DNA of 52,807 nucleotides from an uncultured Chlamydiae bacterium (GTDB lineage Bacteria; Chlamydiota; Chlamydiia; Chlamydiales; SM23-39): NCBI GenBank assembly GCA_937899275.1, contig CALBPE010000113.1, positions 1 to 52,807 of the forward strand, read 5' to 3'. Shown piece by piece: positions 47,829 to 52,807 of this stretch (position 1 is its first letter; each line of letters starts with the position of its first letter). The notes under the pieces were generated by a model. It saw only the letters and a program-made list of their open reading frames with translations, ran no database searches and was not told where the DNA came from. The position numbers and the translations under genes were made by a program.

Positions 47829-48328
47829 AGTAGCTCTTCATCTTCCTTTGTTACCGGTTGAGAGTGAGGAGCCTGTTCACCTAAAAGAGCAAAAGCCTCT
47901 TCAGCCATTTGTTGTAACTGGCCGCCTTGTAAAAACTGCTGCATTTTCTTTTCGTGTACTTCTCTAGGCCAAATTTCGATTTTGCTGAGAACTCCTGCAA
48001 TCACAATTTCTTTTTGTATACTAGCTGCCTGCCTAAGGAGCGGTGGAATCAAGACCCTTCCCACCTTATCTGGATGGATTTCCTGCAGGCTGGAAAAAAA
48101 CGTGGTAAAAAAGGGTTGATACGCTGCGACATGCTGCTTTTTTTCAAAGCGCTTTACCATCTTCTGAATTTCTGAAGTCTTATAAATAGAGAGACATCCA
48201 CCGAGCCCAAGACCGAGAAAAAAGGTTAACTTTCCCTCTTCCACAAGGCCATAGCGAAGGGAGCTGGGCAAAACAAAGCGCCCTTTGTCATCGATTTTTA
48301 CTGTCCAAGATCCGCTGAAAAACGGCAT
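47825..48328 (-). CDS. mraZ: Division/cell wall cluster repressor MraZ
   Basis: FSGSWTVKIDDKGRFVLPSSLR, DKVGRVLIP and GVLSKIEIW (tandem SpoVT/AbrB domains); first gene of the dcw block. Confidence 0.92.
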   Translation of the reverse strand: MPFFSGSWTVKIDDKGRFVLPSSLRYGLVEEGKLTFFLGLGLGGCLSIYKTSEIQKMVKRFEKKQHVAAYQPFFTTFFSSLQEIHPDKVGRVLIPPLLRQAASIQKEIVIAGVLSKIEIWPREVHEKKMQQFLQGGQLQQMAEEAFALLGEQAPHSQPVTKEDEELL

Positions 48329-48330
48329 AC

Positions 48331-48358
48331 TTCCCCAACCTACCACATTTTCCCACAT
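48331..48358 (-). promoter_or_regulatory. Putative MraZ-binding direct repeats
   Basis: Minus strand GTGGGAAAAT-GTGGTAGGTT-GGGG: TGG boxes at ~10-nt period directly before the mraZ ATG. Confidence 0.65.
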
Positions 48359-48711
48359 CTTACGAAACTGCTCTCATGTTCGCAATGTTTTTTCTAAAAA
48401 ATATCTTAAAATATTAACGTAAATAACGTATTTTTAGCTAGTTAAAATATATAAACCCTTATGTGGGAAATTGTGGGAAATTTGTTCAAAACTTTCTATA
48501 TATACAAAGATATATGGAGGAAAAAATCCACTTAATCATCTAATTATCAATTACTTGCAAAAATAACCTTTCTGAAAAAATTTTTGTTCATAAAATTCTT
48601 TTCAAAAACTGTGGGAAACAGCTTTTTTCCACTTCTTTTTTGCCTTTTTGCAAAAAAATTGCCCGCTGTTTAGACTTGTGTTAGACTCATCTTAATAAAA
48701 TAGCTGTATTC

Positions 48712-49212
48712 ATGAGCGTTAAACCCAATACCGTAAAAACCATCGACAATTTAGGAGAAGAAGTCTCCCGTAAGTATGTCGAAAACCAACAAGCCTTAGA
48801 ACAAGCATTTCTAGATGATTTTGTAGGGGATCTGACAAAAGTCGTCTCCCAGTCCCCCTATCAAATTCATGAAAAATCTGAATTCCAACAAAAATTCAAT
48901 ACCCAGCAGAAAAATGAGCCCTGGGCCGACTTTCTTCCTCCACCGGGATTTTTTTCTTCCATGCGCAGGTTATTTACCTACCAGTTGATTCCGAGTATGG
49001 GAACGCCAGAAAAAATTGAACTACTGCTCGATACGCTTCGAAAAGTGAGAAAAAAGAAAAAAAGCAAAAAGCAAAGCAGTCAAGATTTTCTCGAAGAAAA
49101 AGAAGAAGAAGAGCAAAAAGATGCGCTAGAAAACCTATTTACCCTGCTCCTTAGACTCGATAAAGATCTCGACCTTGTGAATATGCTCAGAAACCAGTAC
49201 CACAAAGGATAG
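48712..49212 (+). CDS. Conserved chlamydial hypothetical protein (CT273-like)
   Basis: WADFLPPPGF...LFTYQLIPSMG motif; position between the rsmH block and the TPR chaperone/dnaA. Confidence 0.7.
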   Translation: MSVKPNTVKTIDNLGEEVSRKYVENQQALEQAFLDDFVGDLTKVVSQSPYQIHEKSEFQQKFNTQQKNEPWADFLPPPGFFSSMRRLFTYQLIPSMGTPEKIELLLDTLRKVRKKKKSKKQSSQDFLEEKEEEEQKDALENLFTLLLRLDKDLDLVNMLRNQYHKG

Positions 49213-49217
49213 GCCAT

Positions 49218-49607
49218 ATGGACTGGAACAAAGTACTCCACTGGAATCAAGAAGAATCGGAAGATTTGCGTTTTGTAGGATATTCTTACCTTAAGCAAGG
49301 CGCTTATGATATCGCTCTTACCATCTTTAAAGCGCTAGTAGCGATTCATCCTAAAAACCCATACGATTTACAAACTTTAGGCGCAATCTACTTGCAGCTG
49401 GGAAATAGTTTGGAATCTTTGTATTTTTTAGATCGAGCGCTTGCACTAGTGCCCGATCACTACCCAAGTCTACTAAACCGCGCTAAGGTCTTATTCCTTT
49501 TAGGGCGTAAAAGACAAGCCTACCTACAGTCCAAAGAATTAGAAAAGTGCATCGACCCCTATATCGCAAAAAAAGCAGCGGCGCTTTCTGCTACTTACGG
49601 CAAATAA
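49218..49607 (+). CDS. TPR protein, SycD/LcrH-like type III secretion chaperone (CT274-like)
   Basis: LRFVGYSYLKQGAY..AL..FKAL...P..YDLQTLGAIYLQLG...LDRAL TPR pattern. Confidence 0.8.
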   Translation: MDWNKVLHWNQEESEDLRFVGYSYLKQGAYDIALTIFKALVAIHPKNPYDLQTLGAIYLQLGNSLESLYFLDRALALVPDHYPSLLNRAKVLFLLGRKRQAYLQSKELEKCIDPYIAKKAAALSATYGK

Positions 49608-49755
49608 CCGCTTTTTTTCTGATTTGAAAAAACAACACCTTTAAATATTGATCGCAGAACACATTACAGATTTCTATCGATAAAGTCCTTGCTTGCGATA
49701 AAATTGCCGTGTTAATGTTTAAGAAAACTAGTGGAAGCCTCTCTCTAAAAAATCG

Positions 49756-51090
49756 ATGTTAGATTATAAAACAACACCAGAAAATGCTTGGTCTGAGTTC
49801 TTGTCTTTTGTGCAAGAAAAGTGTGACGTCATGGAGTACAAAAATTGGATCTCCCCTATTGGACTTATGCAAGCATCGGAAGAAGGCATCGTGCTATCTG
49901 TACCCAACGTTTTTGTCCAAGAATACCTTCTAGAAAACTTTAAGGAAGAGCTTGTGCAGTTTTTTCCTTTAAGCTCTGATGGAAAAGTGGCCGTTTCTTT
50001 CATTATCAAAGAACCAGAGAAAAAAGTAGCTTCTGTAAAACCTGCTCCTCGCCCGCAAATTCCTTATGGATTAAACCAGCTCTACACATTTGATAATTAT
50101 ATTGAAGGCCCAAGCAATCAGTTTGTTAAATCGGCCGCCTTTGGCGTTGCTAGCCGCCCTGGTAAATCCTACAACCCTTTGGTGATTCATGGAGGGGTAG
50201 GGCTTGGTAAAACCCACCTACTGCACGGCATTGGCCACTACGCTCTTTTGCATCACAAAAAACTGAAAGTGAAATGCGTAACTACAGAAGCGTTCATCAA
50301 CGACTTAGTCGATCACTTGCGCAGTAAGTCGGTTGATCGGATGAAAAAATATTACCGCTCTTTAGATATCTTACTGATCGATGATATCCATTTTTTACAA
50401 AACCGCCCCAGCTTCGAAGAGGAGTTTTGCGTTACCTTTGAAAGCTTAATCAATGAAGGCAGGCAGGTAGTCATCATATCGGATAAACCCCCTTCAGAGC
50501 TCCGGTTATCAGAACGTTTAATTGCCCGAATGGAATGGGGTCTTGTGGCCAACGTTATGGCGCCAGATTTAGAAACTAGAGTAGCTATTGTGCAGTATAA
50601 AGCGCAAAACAAGGGGTTAAACCTCACTAATGATGTCGCTTTTTTTATCGCCGAGCATATTTATAATAATGTGCGGCAAATCGAAGGTGCGGTAAATCGC
50701 CTTTCTGCCTACGCAAAATTGATGAATTTCGATTTATCGGTAGATATGGTGGAAAAAGTACTTTCCCACCTTTTTCAAAAAAGCCCGCATAAAAAAATCA
50801 CAATCGAGCAGATTTTAACCTGCGTAGGTGCTATTTTTGAGGTGAAAATCAGTGAGCTAAAAAGCACTTCACGCCATAAACACATCGCAAAAGCGCGCCA
50901 GTCTGCTATGTATTTAGCAAAAGAACATATCTCTGATTCTTTAACAAAAATAGCGGCCCATTTTGGTAAAACCCATTCTACACTACTGCATGCTTGGAAG
51001 ACGGTAAAAAAAGAGATGGGAGAAAACCCTGTTTGGAAAAGACAAATTGAGATGGCAGAGCGTCAGCTCAAAAAACCACAAGCCTCGTAA
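49756..51090 (+). CDS. dnaA: Chromosomal replication initiator DnaA
   Basis: YTFDNY, YNPLVIHGGVGLGKTHL, LLIDDI, NVRQIEGA, ARQSAMYL, FGKTHST. Confidence 0.97.
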   Translation: MLDYKTTPENAWSEFLSFVQEKCDVMEYKNWISPIGLMQASEEGIVLSVPNVFVQEYLLENFKEELVQFFPLSSDGKVAVSFIIKEPEKKVASVKPAPRPQIPYGLNQLYTFDNYIEGPSNQFVKSAAFGVASRPGKSYNPLVIHGGVGLGKTHLLHGIGHYALLHHKKLKVKCVTTEAFINDLVDHLRSKSVDRMKKYYRSLDILLIDDIHFLQNRPSFEEEFCVTFESLINEGRQVVIISDKPPSELRLSERLIARMEWGLVANVMAPDLETRVAIVQYKAQNKGLNLTNDVAFFIAEHIYNNVRQIEGAVNRLSAYAKLMNFDLSVDMVEKVLSHLFQKSPHKKITIEQILTCVGAIFEVKISELKSTSRHKHIAKARQSAMYLAKEHISDSLTKIAAHFGKTHSTLLHAWKTVKKEMGENPVWKRQIEMAERQLKKPQAS

Positions 51091-51096
51091 AAGCAT

Positions 51097-51609
51097 TTAC
51101 TCTTCTTCATCAAATAATGTGAGTAGAAAAATTTTTTTTTCCTGTAACAGCGCTTTTTCCTTTTGCGTCAGCATGCTTGCAACTTTTTCGATGTATAGGA
51201 CAGAGCCTTGTACAGCACCTTCTAAAGAAGAGGCGGCCTTTTCTGAAAAAAACCGCACAGAAAAGCGCGCATACCGCGCCATTTCTAAGCTGATCTCATA
51301 AAGAATACCATTTCGAAATAGATAGGAAAAAAAACCTGGGTACCTGCAGAAAATCAGCTGGAAAAAGTCTTTTTCTATAGCATAAAAAATATACGCGGCA
51401 AACGCTTTTACGTAGCATAAAAGCTTTCCTTTTTCCATTTCTTTATATAGAGAGTATAGAGGGCTGTATCTCGAGAAAAGCGCGCGCTTTAGGAGAAGAC
51501 CCTCTTCAAAACCCTTTTTTTCAAGAAGGGCAATGTCTTTACTGCAATGGGCGCAAAAAATCTTTTTTGCAGGAGAAAAGCAGTGAATGCATTCATGAAC
51601 AAAGAGCAT
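51097..51609 (-). CDS. Hypothetical protein, divergent ComF-like (N-terminal zinc ribbon)
   Basis: CIHC...FCAHC followed by a region loosely like ComF; no clear PRT motif. Confidence 0.5.
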   Translation of the reverse strand: MLFVHECIHCFSPAKKIFCAHCSKDIALLEKKGFEEGLLLKRALFSRYSPLYSLYKEMEKGKLLCYVKAFAAYIFYAIEKDFFQLIFCRYPGFFSYLFRNGILYEISLEMARYARFSVRFFSEKAASSLEGAVQGSVLYIEKVASMLTQKEKALLQEKKIFLLTLFDEEE

Positions 51610-51611
51610 AT

Positions 51612-52805
51612 CTAAGAAGAAAAAAACCGTTTTTTTCGCTGTAAATGTACTTTAGGATTATCCAGTTTTCCATTGATCGAAATAATGAAATTCTCTGTGA
51701 ATTTAAACAGCACAAACTGCTTCATTTTGATGTATACATGTAGATCACCATTTAAATCCATATAGGGAAGATCGCCCCTTCTTTTGGCTAAGAAAAATTG
51801 CGAGCGCCCTCCTTCAGAAAAGCTATCTTCTAAATCGGTAAAAACGACTTTACCCTCATCAACAATGAAAGATAGATTTCCCCTCACCGGAATTAAAAGC
51901 TCCAAATCGAGACCAAAAATCCTACCGATGATATCTGCTGGGATATCAAAAATACTATGCCCTCTTTTAAACGAGTTGATGAACGAAAGCTTCCCTTTAG
52001 CCCGGCAAGAAGTGGGATCAGAGAAATTGAGGGTAAAATCCTCAATATCCATCTTCCGAACAACAAGGGGTTGTACAGGACGCAGTTTTCTACCAATTTC
52101 TCGAAGAAGTGAGGGGCGAAATTCTTCTAAAGAGATGTGAGGCGCTTTCAAATACCAATCCTCTTCCTCTTTTTCACAAACGATTTTTTCCACTTTAATG
52201 ATTCCTGAAGAATCGCTGATCTTCACATCGGAACATGCAAAAGCATCTTTTGTAAATGTCACTTGAGAAAGAAGCGTTTTAAATGCGTAGCCCATAGCTT
52301 CAAATTGCTTGCCGCTGAAAAGACCAGAAAAATTGTAGTTGAAATTGATGGTATCAAGAGTCAGTTTTCCCCTAAGCTCATAACCAGATCCAATATCATA
52401 GGAAGAAAGCGCATCGTAGACTCTCGGAGAAAAGATCTTACGCACCTTAGAAAAATCAAGCTTCACTCCACCAAAAAGGGCCGCCGGCTCTTCGCCTGGA
52501 TGAAAGGAAGCATCAATCCCACTAAATACGCCTTGTATACGGCTACAAACAAGGTTTCCTTCGACGTCGGTTTCCCAAGATATGGTCAACGGAAGCTCTT
52601 CTGATTCTAGCTCAAAAAAGCTCAAAGAGCCCTTCATAGGAGAAAATGTATCGCATAAAAGTTTTAGACGGTAAAACTCCTCTCCAAGTGGTAAAAAACA
52701 CTCGCAGCTGCAGATATGAACGGCTAGTAAAAAGGTCACATTTTCAAATCGAAACGCATCTTCTCCAATGGGAATAGATAGCTCGCTCAGCGTACAAGAA
52801 AGCTT
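51612..52805 (-). CDS. 3' part of a large beta-rich hypothetical protein (possibly AsmA-like), 5'-truncated by the window edge
   Basis: The frame stays open from 52739 to the window end; C-terminal ISINGKLDNPKV resembles AsmA/TamB-type ends. Confidence 0.7.
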   Translation of the reverse strand, partial: KLSCTLSELSIPIGEDAFRFENVTFLLAVHICSCECFLPLGEEFYRLKLLCDTFSPMKGSLSFFELESEELPLTISWETDVEGNLVCSRIQGVFSGIDASFHPGEEPAALFGGVKLDFSKVRKIFSPRVYDALSSYDIGSGYELRGKLTLDTINFNYNFSGLFSGKQFEAMGYAFKTLLSQVTFTKDAFACSDVKISDSSGIIKVEKIVCEKEEEDWYLKAPHISLEEFRPSLLREIGRKLRPVQPLVVRKMDIEDFTLNFSDPTSCRAKGKLSFINSFKRGHSIFDIPADIIGRIFGLDLELLIPVRGNLSFIVDEGKVVFTDLEDSFSEGGRSQFFLAKRRGDLPYMDLNGDLHVYIKMKQFVLFKFTENFIISINGKLDNPKVHLQRKKRFFSS

Positions 52806-52807
52806 TT

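Noticed and set aside
48329-48358. MWENVVGWGS N-terminal extension of MraZ
   Set aside because: It is a translation of the operator repeats; the family-like start is MPFFSG at 48328.
49608-49755. oriC next to dnaA
   Set aside because: No TTATCCACA-type DnaA box cluster seen upstream or downstream of dnaA.

Overview
A ~40% GC, gene-dense segment of a Chlamydiota chromosome, most likely from an environmental (non-Chlamydiaceae) lineage. The chlamydial assignment rests on recalled gene blocks: ftsK/yycJ-like, fused 2-oxoacid dehydrogenase E1 alpha-beta, serS-VIT1-P1B ATPase, CIRCE-hrcA-grpE-dnaK, ytgABCD-dxr-rseP, CT066-like-npt1-lepA-gnd, and amiA-murE-ftsI-ftsL-rsmH(-mraZ)-CT273-like-CT274-like-dnaA. 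Two tRNA genes are present (His-GTG, Arg-CCT). Three accessory patches interrupt the core. (1) 131-3748: a duplicated, partly decayed family of small membrane-type paralogs with a shared domain and divergent tails, next to an IS3-family remnant that the ORF track misses. (2) 22137-27705: a co-oriented array of about 8 orphan ORFs, most with Inc-like hydrophobic hairpins. (3) 37601-39026: two orphans between npt1 and lepA, one of which reads as a USP (peptidase C19)-type deubiquitinase fold with both catalytic residues replaced. Five genes, three of them conserved (ftsK, E1 alpha-beta, P1B ATPase), each carry one in-frame stop codon, and several conserved motifs carry odd substitutions. This means either base-substitution errors in the assembly or very recent decay. 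All family calls come from motifs read by eye; no searches were run.
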